Below, in pieces: positions 34,968-44,177 of a DNA stretch of 44,652 nt (the stretch's first letter is position 1; the number at the start of each line of letters is the position of its first letter). Position numbers and translations under genes: made by a program. The DNA is from a virus (Duplodnaviria > Heunggongvirae > Uroviricota > Caudoviricetes): positions 1 through 44,652 of IMG/VR virus record IMGVR_UViG_3300045988_039442, one strand, 5' to 3'. The notes below the pieces were generated by a model. The model did no database searches and was not told where the DNA came from. It saw only the letters and a list, made by a program, of their open reading frames with translations.

Positions 34968-37155
34968 AGCGTTTTAACTCCTGCCCTTCCGCTACAAGAG
35001 GGAAGCCTTCTGCCCACTCTGGCAACGCGCACATTAATTTCTCCAGTTCGGCCACCGTGTACTCAGGGGTATCTGGAGTTTCGCATACCAGTTCATCGTG
35101 TACCGAAAGCACGATAGGATATCCGCCACGCTCAACGTTAAGCATCGCATACGCCAGTAAATCACGGCACAGCGCCTGGACAATGTTTTCACATGCTTTA
35201 CCGCCGTGGGTGTATAAGGTAGTCCATTGGCGGGTTAACTGGTTTTCGCCCTGATACTTGATTCGCACATTCGTGTTTACCCGTCCGTCTTCGTCTGTTT
35301 CTTTTGTCACGCTAACGCCGATTCCAGGGTACGAAAGGATGCGGCCTGACGGCAACTCCATACACAACCACCAACCAGGAACCTTCCTACCGGATGAATC
35401 GGTTTCTACTGTTCTCCAGATTCGGATAGCGCGCTCGCCATTCTTGCGCAGATGCGCCCCCGCCCAAAATTCACGACCAGGATTTCTTACAGCGGCTAAA
35501 ATTCCGTCTTTAAGGTCGCGCCAGAACGCTACTGTTTCCGGGTGCGACTCGCGCCACATGCGCTTGATAGCGTCGCAGGTACGCCACACTTTCTTATCCA
35601 GAATATACGACGGTCGGTCGTCCTTTTCACCAGGATGCGGCGGTCGCTTTGCTTCCTGGATACGCGCCCACTCATAACCCCGTGCGGTAGCGGCCCATAT
35701 GTGGTCAGGGAATGTACCATCCATTGTTTTAGCCATCTCAATAAGGTCGAGGCCTAAGTTTTTAGCGAACGTAACGAACGCTCCGACGCCACCCTCATAG
35801 CCGAGGCCCAGTTCGCAGGCCTTACCTATCTGTCTGATTTCCTTGAAGTTTTTCTTAATATCGTCGGGATCCATGCCAAACATCTTACCCGCGGTTACGC
35901 AATAAATATCCAGTCCGGCGCGGAACGTATCAAGCGCGGTTTCTTCACCAGCCAGCCACGCAAGCCCACGACCCTCAACGTTAGAGTAATCGGCGACGAC
36001 AAATTTATGCCCAGCTTCCGGTATGATGCAGCTACGAACCGTCGATGCCGTTAGCTTGGCTACGTCGAAACGGCGATGAGCACGGCCCTTAAGTAGCGCA
36101 GAAATGCCTTTATCCAGTTCATCATCGTGATAGTACCCGCGCGCGAGGTTCTGCGGCTGGAAGCCTTTACCCGCCCATCGCAGAGTCCGTTTTGCCCCGC
36201 CGTACTGTAAACAACCACGACGGCGGTCGTCAGACGAGCGGCCTAACAGCAGCGGGTTATATTTCGTTGATGCCGTGGACGCGGCACCGAGGCGCATTTC
36301 GATAATCGTGCGGGCGTCGTCCGGTAAATCATCATCCGCCAGCAGGTCATTCAGCGTCGACTTCTGCGCATTGTGGATGCGGTGCGCGGGTGCGAGTTCA
36401 CGCAGAATCGGCAGAAAGTCCTTACCAGTAAGCGAGCCGCCGTATTTTAGTTGGGCTTCTTCCTGTAACTGTGCCTTGTGCTTCTCCACGGCTTCAATCG
36501 CGGCTTCTGCCAGCGCTACGTCAACCTTAAACCCACGGTCGTTGATTAATTGGTCAAGTTCAAGTACACGGTCCTCAAACTCCGAGTTACCCCAACGCGG
36601 CAGCTTATGAAAGACTTCACGCATCGCAGTAATGTCGCTCACGGCGTACTTGATGAATAACGCCCACTCGTCTGGGTGCGTTTCTGCGGTGTAGCGGCGA
36701 ATTTTGTAGTTCTTCGGTGTCGGTTTAGAAAAACGCTGAATCAGCGCTTTACCTCGTTTGTCTTTCGCATTGTCGGCGGACACGCCAAGCACTTCACACA
36801 GCGCATCAAGTGACCCCGGCAACGCGTGACGAAACGCCCGAATCATAGTGTCGATGGTATTTCTTGGTTTGATATCCACCCCCCAACAGTGCTTCATAAC
36901 TAGTCTGTCGAACATTAAAAAGTTATGGCCTACGATTCTCATACGTCCGCGCATAACATTACGGAGCGCAACGCGGAGGTTTATCGGCATTACTGGTTCG
37001 GAAGTGCAGTCCCATACTTCTACAGGCCCGTCATCAATGGCGTATGTGCATATTATAATCTCAGTTGTTGCGTGTTCCGCGTACGCGTATGACCCTACTT
37101 TCTTTAGGTCAGCTTCAGAGAATGTTTCAGTATCCAGATACAATAAATTAGGCAT
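34957..37155 (-). CDS. DNA polymerase I-like (family A) with 3'-5' exonuclease domain
   Basis: Exo motif LDTETF; polymerase motif A DYSNVEGR, motif B RQIGKACELGLGYEGG, motif C VHDELV. Confidence 0.9.
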   Translation of the reverse strand: MPNLLYLDTETFSEADLKKVGSYAYAEHATTEIIICTYAIDDGPVEVWDCTSEPVMPINLRVALRNVMRGRMRIVGHNFLMFDRLVMKHCWGVDIKPRNTIDTMIRAFRHALPGSLDALCEVLGVSADNAKDKRGKALIQRFSKPTPKNYKIRRYTAETHPDEWALFIKYAVSDITAMREVFHKLPRWGNSEFEDRVLELDQLINDRGFKVDVALAEAAIEAVEKHKAQLQEEAQLKYGGSLTGKDFLPILRELAPAHRIHNAQKSTLNDLLADDDLPDDARTIIEMRLGAASTASTKYNPLLLGRSSDDRRRGCLQYGGAKRTLRWAGKGFQPQNLARGYYHDDELDKGISALLKGRAHRRFDVAKLTASTVRSCIIPEAGHKFVVADYSNVEGRGLAWLAGEETALDTFRAGLDIYCVTAGKMFGMDPDDIKKNFKEIRQIGKACELGLGYEGGVGAFVTFAKNLGLDLIEMAKTMDGTFPDHIWAATARGYEWARIQEAKRPPHPGEKDDRPSYILDKKVWRTCDAIKRMWRESHPETVAFWRDLKDGILAAVRNPGREFWAGAHLRKNGERAIRIWRTVETDSSGRKVPGWWLCMELPSGRILSYPGIGVSVTKETDEDGRVNTNVRIKYQGENQLTRQWTTLYTHGGKACENIVQALCRDLLAYAMLNVERGGYPIVLSVHDELVCETPDTPEYTVAELEKLMCALPEWAEGFPLVAEGQELKRYAK

Positions 37156-37173
37156 ATTATTTTCGACCCTTAG

Positions 37174-37197
37174 TAAAAAGGCCCAATGAAGGGCCTT
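37174..37197 (-). terminator. rho-independent terminator downstream of the SSB-like gene
   Basis: AGGCCC-AATGAA-GGGCCT followed by T5 on the minus strand. Confidence 0.6.
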
Positions 37198-37216
37198 AGT
37201 TAAATTGATTCAGATA

Positions 37217-37843
37217 TTAGCGGCGGCGACGTTCGCGGCGCGGTGCTCCATCTTCTTCGTCGTCTTCCAGGTCATCGACACTCGCAGCGACTTTAGAACC
37301 ACCGAACGCTTTACCTTCTCCGACGTATTTAATTGCCAGCAGGTTAACACCGAGAACTTTGTATTTCTGGCTGAACCAGATTTCAACGCTTACGTTAGCG
37401 ACGCAGCCGCTGTAAACCTGTTCACCTTCAATCTGTTCGCCGTCTACATTGAAATCCTGCTCTACCTGAGTCTCGCCTTTTTTAGAGGTTACAATCAGAG
37501 GCTGTTTCTGTGCTTTCGCTTTGAAGTAGAAGCCTTCCGGGAAGTCTTCAAACGGATTGTCACGCTCGGCAATGTCCTTAATCGCACATTTATCCATGTG
37601 CTTACCTTCGCCGTAGTTGGACTTCATCCACTTATCGGCGGCGGCTGCACCTAACGCTTCTTCAACTACGGCGTAAACAGTGTCATAGAGTGCATCGATT
37701 TGAGCATGGTCAGACGGCAGGATGATAGTTGCGCTGTACTGCCCCTTAGTGATTGAACCATCATCGTTTTCACGGTCTTTTTCGCGTTCGAATACGTTAA
37801 CCCATGCAGTGTTTACTTTACGCAGATTCAGTTTAATACCCAT
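37217..37843 (-). CDS. ssDNA-binding protein-like (DUF2815/gp2.5-like) with acidic C-terminal tail
   Basis: C-terminal DDLEDDEEDG acidic tail; position in the replication block. Confidence 0.5.
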   Translation of the reverse strand: MGIKLNLRKVNTAWVNVFEREKDRENDDGSITKGQYSATIILPSDHAQIDALYDTVYAVVEEALGAAAADKWMKSNYGEGKHMDKCAIKDIAERDNPFEDFPEGFYFKAKAQKQPLIVTSKKGETQVEQDFNVDGEQIEGEQVYSGCVANVSVEIWFSQKYKVLGVNLLAIKYVGEGKAFGGSKVAASVDDLEDDEEDGAPRRERRRR

Positions 37844-37889
37844 CTTGATTTCTCGCTTTTAAGTTTACTCCGGGAACTGCCCGGCCAGT

Positions 37890-37915
37890 GATTAGAAATA
37901 TAATAGCTAACTATT
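37890..37915 (+). promoter_or_regulatory. degenerate copy of the promoter/operator element (AATAG-N4-CTATT with TATAAT)
   Basis: AAATATAATAGCTAACTATTCAGG; nearly identical to the site at 40491-40516; orientation and function unclear. Confidence 0.35.
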
Positions 37916-37921
37916 CAGGTG

Positions 37922-38080
37922 TCAACGCTTAATTTTAGAAACTTTCTCACACCAATGAACATAGCGTTCTATGGGTTGACTACCTCTAAACTTACAATCT
38001 ATCCAAGCAATAGATGAAGTAAAAGCAGATATAACTACCAATGGTGATAATAAAGCCCAATACACGATTTTACGAATCAT
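37922..38080 (-). CDS. small membrane protein (52 aa)
   Basis: ATG at 38080 overlapping the exonuclease stop, within ORF 37922..38110. Confidence 0.4.
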   Translation of the reverse strand: MIRKIVYWALLSPLVVISAFTSSIAWIDCKFRGSQPIERYVHWCEKVSKIKR

Positions 38081-39318
38081 TCTAAATCCTCCTCGGTTGC
38101 CTGATTCCACTCAGGACGTTTGTCGTCTGCCGTTGCGACGCACGGTGCTCCGGGCTTACGGGTAATGAAGTCTTTCAGTTCTTCTTCCGGCACAACTTTA
38201 ACCGCTTCGGTCGGCGTCATGAGAACTACCTTTTGCAGCATAGTACCGTACTTCTCGAATACCGCATCGGTATCTTTCCACGCACGGTTACCAGGACGAC
38301 CTTCAACCAACTTGTACCCTGGCACTTTCTTACCGGAATGTAACGCAGCTGCCATCGCTTTCTCAACCTTATCGATGTGCTGGCGCAACAACGGCAACTT
38401 CTCATATTCGGCTACAAGTTGCTCCGGTGTCAGTTCCAGCGCAAAGTCGTCCTCCAGTTCTTCCGCCAGTACAGAATTAACCGTCTTTGTACGCGCGGCG
38501 CATTGTTCAGAGAACCGGCACCACTGGCAACCATCGACCGACGGCCTGAAGTCCGACGCTTTCAGGTTCTTCTTGCCGCGGAAATACGCGTCTAGCGCTA
38601 AAAGTGCACGTTTCTGTGCGAACTTAGCGAACAGTTCCAGACCTTCAACCGAGATGTCCCACTCCGACGCACCGCCAGCATACGGCTGGAAGATGACCAG
38701 ACGAACCACGGTGATGTTATAGCGTCTCTTGAGTCGGCGATAGACACCGAGAGCGTAAAGCATAAGCTGTTTGTTTTCTTTCGCTTCAACACGATGCCGT
38801 CCTGTTTTCAGGTCGCCGATAATGAGCATGTGCTCGTCTGTGTTCGCCAGTTCCTGCACGGCAACGAGGTCAGCGGTTCCGAACGTCTCAACGCCTTCAT
38901 AGCCAGGATGCAATACCTCAGTAAGATTGACGCGCATCTCAAGTTTGGCGTAAGTCGCTACGTCGATAATCGGTTTGCAATAGTCGGTGTACTTGCGCAC
39001 CTGCTCAATCATGTCAGCCGTAATCAGTACAGCGCCCTTCATCGGGCTGATTAACGCCTTAATCTGACCTTTACCCTCATCCAGCACGTAAGCGCCGACT
39101 TCACGCTCTAACGGCAGCGCCGTGCCTTTGATGTACTGGTTAAGGTGCATCTCGGCTATGGTGTGCATGGCGGTGCCTAATACGGCTGCTTTACCGGACG
39201 TGTTAGGAATATCTTTTTCACAGGCTAGCGATGCACTGCACGTCAGCCACTTTTTAGCACCCGACGGTGACAGTAAGGCGTGCACATCATTATTGCCGCC
39301 GCGTTCCTTTAAAATCAT
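38077..39318 (-). CDS. PD-(D/E)XK nuclease (Cas4/RecB-like recombination exonuclease, DUF2800-like) with C-terminal Cys cluster
   Basis: About 413 aa; ATG at 39318 after GGGAGAA; C-terminal CQWCRFSEQC cysteines. Confidence 0.6.
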   Translation of the reverse strand: MILKERGGNNDVHALLSPSGAKKWLTCSASLACEKDIPNTSGKAAVLGTAMHTIAEMHLNQYIKGTALPLEREVGAYVLDEGKGQIKALISPMKGAVLITADMIEQVRKYTDYCKPIIDVATYAKLEMRVNLTEVLHPGYEGVETFGTADLVAVQELANTDEHMLIIGDLKTGRHRVEAKENKQLMLYALGVYRRLKRRYNITVVRLVIFQPYAGGASEWDISVEGLELFAKFAQKRALLALDAYFRGKKNLKASDFRPSVDGCQWCRFSEQCAARTKTVNSVLAEELEDDFALELTPEQLVAEYEKLPLLRQHIDKVEKAMAAALHSGKKVPGYKLVEGRPGNRAWKDTDAVFEKYGTMLQKVVLMTPTEAVKVVPEEELKDFITRKPGAPCVATADDKRPEWNQATEEDLE

Positions 39319-39587
39319 ACCCTGTTCTCCCACTGGTCAATTAAATGCCGAGTCTTATGTTCGCAGTGCATAGCCCACCCATACATCGACTCGAAGACAT
39401 AAAAGTCAGGTTTGGCGAAAGTCGTGCGCTTAATCTGTGACACGTGACGGCCTATATCTTTAGGGTGCGGCACTTTGCCTAAGTACGCCATCTCTCCCAT
39501 CTGGTGCGCGCCGGATGGTGCACGCAACAGCCATAGCGCCTCGGTGTTATCCCGCCTGTCTACGGCTCGGTAGAGTTGGTAAATCAT
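39315..39587 (-). CDS. hypothetical protein
   Basis: ORF track entry; overlapping stop/start. Confidence 0.45.
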   Translation of the reverse strand: MIYQLYRAVDRRDNTEALWLLRAPSGAHQMGEMAYLGKVPHPKDIGRHVSQIKRTTFAKPDFYVFESMYGWAMHCEHKTRHLIDQWENRV

Positions 39588-39919
39588 TTCTTGGCCTCCT
39601 GCATTTTAAGAAAGACAATCATTGCTGCGCGTAGAGGATTTGTACCGATAACACATGAGTCGTCTACGTAAATCATACTGGTTGCGTCTCCGGTAATACC
39701 GTCAATAACCGCATTATCCGGTAAAGCAATCCATTCTAAATCTGTAGCTACAATCGAGATATTGTTACCGGTGATAACAGGCCACGCGTCCTCTATCCGA
39801 TTACAATAATCTACTACTCCAGAAGCTAATGCCATCTGATGTCCTCGTGAGACATCGCCGTATAACGCGCGGCTGACGCGTGCATTAATTTCTATGTCTG
39901 TTAAATTTTCGTATTTCAT
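39584..39919 (-). CDS. hypothetical protein (DUF2591-like)
   Basis: ORF track entry; family assignment from memory only. Confidence 0.4.
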   Translation of the reverse strand: MKYENLTDIEINARVSRALYGDVSRGHQMALASGVVDYCNRIEDAWPVITGNNISIVATDLEWIALPDNAVIDGITGDATSMIYVDDSCVIGTNPLRAAMIVFLKMQEAKK

Positions 39920-39962
39920 AATTCCGACCCTCAGTTAAAGCGGCCCGAAGGCCGCAAGATAG

Positions 39963-40463
39963 TTATTCTTCTTCGAAATACTTGTTCTTGATTGCCGTCA
40001 GGCGTTTCAGGTATTCAGCCAGGTCTTCGTCTTTAATCGCGGCAATCTTCATTTTCTTACCGGTGAACTCTTCCAGCAGTTCATCGGAGTCATCGCACGC
40101 GGCATCGCTCGGACCTTCGTTAATCGCATCGTCGATAGCCTGAATCTGGTCACGCAGAGACTGGTAATCAACTTCTTCCTTCTCTTCTTCCGGCTCCGGT
40201 GTTGGTTCCTCTACTTTAGCTTTCCGCGGCTTGCGTTTCGGCTTCTCTTCTTCTGCCGGTTTAGTGTCGACGATGTCTTCACCTTCAACCGGGATTTCTT
40301 TTGTTTCTTCTTCAGCGCACTCGGCTACCGCTTCTTTGGCATACGCTACCGTCTCTACTTCCAGCGGCGCGGAAACCTGAACAACTTGTTTCGCGCTGTT
40401 CGCAGCAATCAGTTCATGAGCAACTACGAAACGTTCCAGTAATGCTAAGAATTTCTCTAACAT
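39963..40463 (-). CDS. acidic hypothetical protein
   Basis: ORF track entry; Glu/Pro/Lys-rich central region. Confidence 0.5.
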   Translation of the reverse strand: MLEKFLALLERFVVAHELIAANSAKQVVQVSAPLEVETVAYAKEAVAECAEEETKEIPVEGEDIVDTKPAEEEKPKRKPRKAKVEEPTPEPEEEKEEVDYQSLRDQIQAIDDAINEGPSDAACDDSDELLEEFTGKKMKIAAIKDEDLAEYLKRLTAIKNKYFEEE

Positions 40464-40490
40464 TTGTTTCTCTCCTCTCGTTTGGTATGG

Positions 40491-40562
40491 GCTAACTATA
40501 ATAGCTAACTATTCACGATGTCAATGGGCTTTTCTAAAATAATTAATATGGTACTATTCACA
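40491..40562 (+). promoter_or_regulatory. promoter/operator region of the XRE regulator: two AATAG-like palindromic sites plus TATAAT
   Basis: TATAAT at 40497-40502 within CTAACTATAATAGCTAACTATTCACG; second site AATATGGTACTATTCAC at 40545-40561 sits between promoter and RBS. Confidence 0.45.
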
Positions 40563-40588
40563 TATCAACTAACTAAGGAGTAATTGAC

Positions 40589-40804
40589 ATGCAACCATCT
40601 GAACTAGGCATCCGTGTAGAACAACGCCGTAAAGAACTCGGCATCTCACAGCGCCGTCTGGCTGTTCTGGCCGGCGTTTCCCAGGGTGCGATTAACCAGC
40701 TTGCGCTCGGCGTAACTCAGGACGTCCGCCCGGCGACGCTGTTTAAACTGGCGGAAGTGCTGGAAGTAGACGCCAAGTGGCTGGCGTTCGGTGAAGGGGC
40801 TTAA
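40589..40804 (+). CDS. XRE-family (Cro/CI-type) helix-turn-helix transcriptional regulator
   Basis: LGISQRRLAVLAGVSQGAINQL HTH; RBS AAGGAG; only + strand gene inside the replication block. Confidence 0.7.
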   Translation: MQPSELGIRVEQRRKELGISQRRLAVLAGVSQGAINQLALGVTQDVRPATLFKLAEVLEVDAKWLAFGEGA

Positions 40805-40826
40805 CGCCCCCCCCCTTTTTTTTTTA
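40796..40826 (+). terminator. terminator hairpin with a C9-T10 homopolymer tract
   Basis: GGGGC-TTAACG-CCCC hairpin followed by T10; C9 at 40807-40815 and T10 at 40816-40825. Confidence 0.6.
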
Positions 40827-40827
40827 C

Positions 40828-43095
40828 CTATTCCAAATCTTCCTCTGTCACTGTCAGCATTTCATTCGGTTCGTATATTGTCTTAGGAATCTTGTTATCA
40901 GTTATTCGGGTATTCAGTCTGTAACGGCCTGGTATTATCTGATTGTTTTCGTCAGTCCCCGGAACAAGATACCCGGCCTCAACCATTTTCTTAATCTTCC
41001 CGCGTTCTATGGCTTCTTTGGAGTTAAACGCCTTTGCGTTGGGGTCAGACTGTGCCAGCTTATTCGCTGCGGCTACCGTGATGCCTTCGTTGCCGTTGTA
41101 GGTTCCTTCCGCCAGTTCGAACGCTGCGAGTATCGTGGCCTCTGAACTGTTGACAGCGTTCTCTACGGTTTTACGTACGTTTTCTTTACCTTCCTTTGTC
41201 AGACCTTCTTCGCGCTCTTTCTCCTCGTCAGTTTTGAACGGCTCGAAACCCCACGGCATCAGAACAAGCGCCTTGTGCGGCTCAGGCAGGTCCAGGTTAA
41301 CGATTGTGCCGTATTCCTCTGTGCTACCCAGGAACTCAACCGCGCGGTACTCTTTCGGGGGTGGCGCTTCACGGAACTGTACCGACTCAAGCACCATGCC
41401 GACAGTTTTTTGTTGTGGGCCGTGTTTGAATTTAGAGTGGTATACGTTTATCTGACGGTCGGTAGCGCGTTCAATTGTCAGTTCCACGTCGACGCCCGCA
41501 TACAGCGCCCCACTGCCGCGGGCTTTCTTTCCACCCTTCGGTGTGTGGTGGACGACGCCCACTGCAGCTTTAGTCGCGTCACGTACTTCTTTCAGGATGG
41601 CGATAACTTTACCCATGCCGATTGCCGTTGATGAACTGTTCTCGTCGAACTTATCAATCGTCAGCGCCAGCGTCTGGTTAAGGGTATCAAACGCGACCAT
41701 ACCGATGGGTTCGTCACCAGCAGTTTCACGCATCAACTTAATAAGGCTTTTCAGTTTTCCGACTTCGCCCATGTCGATGACATGTACATAATCTTTACCT
41801 TCCTCACCATATTTAGCCGCTAGTGCATCAATACGCGTACGTGTGGCTGCGCCGCCCTCACCGTCGATATAGAAATGGTGGCAGCGCTGAGTATCCGCCC
41901 CCGCAAACCGGTATCCGGCGGCGCTCAGGTACATCATCCCCAGCGTATAGAACGATTTGTACGTGCCAGATTCCCCGACAATATCCCAGATACAATCTGA
42001 CGGCATGTACCCTTCAACGACGAAATCCGCCTTTACCGGTTCCGGTAACTCGTCCTCCTCTGAGTCCTCATCGTCTTCCAGGTCGTCCAGGCTGCATGAA
42101 ACAGATTCTCGCGCACCCCAACCGATGGCCTCTGCGACTTCACTGAATGGCATCCCGGTCGCATCGCAAGCGTATTTCCACACCTCTTTCGGCGACATGC
42201 CTTCGGTCGCCGTAATGTCGGTGTCGTGAATCATGGTCACGTTTGGCGCTTCGTACCCCTCTCGCGGGAAGCACAGCAGGAAGTCGTCCGGGCGCGGGGT
42301 AGGGTCGCTGTAGTTTTCGGCGTGTTCTGGTGTAGCGGGCATCTTCAGGCCGCGTGGCGTCATGACACCGCCATACTCGAAGGCCAGTGCCTCGAACGCA
42401 TCAGTAAACGCAGTGCGCAGTTCTTCCGGTATCTGGTAGTCGGATGCGCTGCTAACGTCGACGGCGGGGATACCTTCAAGCAACTCGTACGGGTCAATCA
42501 GGTCGTTGCGGCGAGACCAGATAACCGTAGAGCCAACCGGTGGCAGGTACATCGGCTGCGACAGGGTGAACCCACTGCGGTCAGCACCCATGCCCTTGAA
42601 GAAGTGTTCCAGCAATCCATGACGAACACGGATGATGTCACCACCTTCGACCGGGCGGCCCAGAGGCATGACGACGCGAAAGCGCGGTGACTCGTCGGTA
42701 TGTGATGCCGTGGTGTAAATGCACATTGCCCGGCGGCTGCGCTTAACCAGGCGCACAGCTTCCTGATACTCCTCTGGCGTTGCACTGTCAAAGTCCAGAT
42801 AGGCAAGCGACGATTTGCTTACAGACGCGTCGCAGCGGTAGAAGAAGCCTTTACGCGCTTGCTTAAAGTCGCCTGTTTCCGGGTCTTTTACGGTGCTGTG
42901 CGTCGAGTCGCACGCGGCCGTGATATAGCCAGGCGCGGTCTTAGGGTTAATCCCGCCGCGAACAGCATCGAGCGGCTGGATTAACCCTTTCAGGTCGTCC
43001 AGTGTTGCCGTGTGTGTGGTTCTGACGTTTATATCCTTTTTCTCCGCCCGCGCGTTGCGACGGGACCACGAGTAGGATAAAATCACATCGGACAT
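40828..43095 (-). CDS. replicative primase-polymerase fused to P-loop helicase (AAA_25/RepA-like)
   Basis: Walker A GESGTYKSF in the middle; large N-terminal domain; ATG at 43095 after GAAGGA (ORF track uses GTG at 43137). Confidence 0.7.
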   Translation of the reverse strand: MSDVILSYSWSRRNARAEKKDINVRTTHTATLDDLKGLIQPLDAVRGGINPKTAPGYITAACDSTHSTVKDPETGDFKQARKGFFYRCDASVSKSSLAYLDFDSATPEEYQEAVRLVKRSRRAMCIYTTASHTDESPRFRVVMPLGRPVEGGDIIRVRHGLLEHFFKGMGADRSGFTLSQPMYLPPVGSTVIWSRRNDLIDPYELLEGIPAVDVSSASDYQIPEELRTAFTDAFEALAFEYGGVMTPRGLKMPATPEHAENYSDPTPRPDDFLLCFPREGYEAPNVTMIHDTDITATEGMSPKEVWKYACDATGMPFSEVAEAIGWGARESVSCSLDDLEDDEDSEEDELPEPVKADFVVEGYMPSDCIWDIVGESGTYKSFYTLGMMYLSAAGYRFAGADTQRCHHFYIDGEGGAATRTRIDALAAKYGEEGKDYVHVIDMGEVGKLKSLIKLMRETAGDEPIGMVAFDTLNQTLALTIDKFDENSSSTAIGMGKVIAILKEVRDATKAAVGVVHHTPKGGKKARGSGALYAGVDVELTIERATDRQINVYHSKFKHGPQQKTVGMVLESVQFREAPPPKEYRAVEFLGSTEEYGTIVNLDLPEPHKALVLMPWGFEPFKTDEEKEREEGLTKEGKENVRKTVENAVNSSEATILAAFELAEGTYNGNEGITVAAANKLAQSDPNAKAFNSKEAIERGKIKKMVEAGYLVPGTDENNQIIPGRYRLNTRITDNKIPKTIYEPNEMLTVTEEDLE

Positions 43096-43153
43096 ATTGT
43101 ATATTCCTTCAGCAAGTAATTTGGCCTCGGCGTTCACGCGTCGGGGCTTTCTT

Positions 43154-43444
43154 TTATCTATTGGCCAGGCATTCCATCAAATGTGCGTACTTACGATAAT
43201 AATCTACGACAATCTCATCGCCGAAATACTGATAAACGTACGATAAGTGGTCAGAGACATCAATGGAGGCCGACATTGTGCTGAGTCTTCGGAGACTAAT
43301 CAACTGCAATTCTTCTGTAACGCAAAACGGCGAATAAGAGTCCAGCTTACAAGAAACGTTAAAACACAACGCGTACTTGCCTTGCACTAAATAGACCATA
43401 TAAGAATTGTCGTTCTCTTTATCATGGAATATTACACCTTTCAT
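43154..43444 (-). CDS. hypothetical protein
   Basis: ORF track entry; ATGA overlap with the upstream gene. Confidence 0.45.
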   Translation of the reverse strand: MKGVIFHDKENDNSYMVYLVQGKYALCFNVSCKLDSYSPFCVTEELQLISLRRLSTMSASIDVSDHLSYVYQYFGDEIVVDYYRKYAHLMECLANR

Positions 43445-43623
43445 TTCACGTTCTCCTTAATCCACGCTTCAACTTTATTACGGTCAAATGTACCCGGTAA
43501 ACGGCGGCCCATAACCTTAATACAGCAATCCGGGAATTTACCACTGCGCAACCAGTTATTAATTGTCTGACGGGTCACCCCGATACGTTCTGCTACTTCA
43601 TTCTGGGTCATGTAATGCTGCAT
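43441..43623 (-). CDS. small HTH DNA-binding protein (AlpA/excisionase-like HTH_17), first gene of the replication block
   Basis: MTQNEVAERIGVTRQTINNWL motif; ATG at 43623 preceded by the conserved AGGAGA leader. Confidence 0.55.
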   Translation of the reverse strand: MQHYMTQNEVAERIGVTRQTINNWLRSGKFPDCCIKVMGRRLPGTFDRNKVEAWIKENVK

Positions 43624-43730
43624 TTTTATATCTCCTGTTTGTTTGGTGAAGCTGAGTATAGGATAGCGGGAATGTAAAAGCAACCAAAACGCCACACAAA
43701 GTTACTAAGATACAAAAGATGCTACTGGTA

Positions 43731-43873
43731 TTGACTTTTACTTAAAAATATGCTAAGCTTCACTGAGCTTGTGAGATATCGCAAGCGACCGCGGAGCGGC
43801 AGGGAACGCAACGCGTGCCATTAGGCACTTGAGTGTAGTTCCGCTGGCGCTTTCGGAAGGGCCAAAGTCTATT
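43731..43873 (+). ncRNA. conserved structured non-coding element, paralogue B
   Basis: About 80% identical to 12586-12729, including the TTGACT-N17-TAAGCT promoter. Confidence 0.45.
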
Positions 43874-44039
43874 GTTAATCCCGCCTAAATACCCAAGTCA
43901 CTGATAATTAAAAGTTTCTATAATTGCCGTAAACAAGGTAGAGAGTACTTCACTCCGCTGGGGTGGGCTAACGCCCACCCACTGCGTTGCGTACTCTTTT
44001 AAGAAACGAAAGAATCACAACGGCAACGTAACTATTCTC

Positions 44040-44071
44040 TTGCACACCCCAATATAATAGGATACTATTCA
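44040..44071 (+). promoter_or_regulatory. conserved promoter/operator element, rightward copy driving the early block
   Basis: TTGCACACCCCAATATAATAGGATACTATTCA is the reverse complement of the 22359-22390 element; about 30 bp upstream of the RBS at 44091. Confidence 0.55.
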
Positions 44072-44102
44072 CTTATCGAAACGAGACAGAGGAGTGAGGG
44101 TT

Positions 44103-44177
44103 ATGTTTAAGAAGGGTCAGTTGGTGAAAACGAAACGCGGCGGACATTACGCAATAATTAAACGAGTTTCGAATTAA
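44103..44177 (+). CDS. very small early ORF (24 aa); the same frame continues protein-like after an in-frame TAA to 44270
   Basis: RBS GGAGTGAGGG before the ATG; MFKKGQLVKTKRGG N-terminus; TAA at 44175-44177. Confidence 0.3.
   Translation: MFKKGQLVKTKRGGHYAIIKRVSN

Noticed and set aside
35258-35757. Several + strand ORFs (139 and 71 aa) inside the DNA polymerase gene
   Set aside because: Antisense to a polymerase with intact exo and pol motifs; no RBS.
9286-37197. Recurring AAGGCCCC-N4-GGGGCCTT hairpins (9286, 12263, 19566, 31368, 37174) considered as a CRISPR-like or spaced repeat family
   Set aside because: They are isolated, sit exactly at operon ends with flanking T or A runs, and are not regularly spaced; they are best explained as intrinsic terminators. 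No CRISPR array is present.
38120-38722. 200-aa + strand ORF
   Set aside because: Antisense to the PD-(D/E)XK exonuclease gene in a block that is otherwise uniformly minus-strand; Ser-rich low-complexity translation.
40589-43623. Possible lysogeny module (XRE regulator at 40589 plus excisionase-like HTH at 43441)
   Set aside because: No integrase, recombinase or attachment-site signature is visible anywhere in the window; the HTH proteins are more likely transcriptional regulators of a lytic programme.
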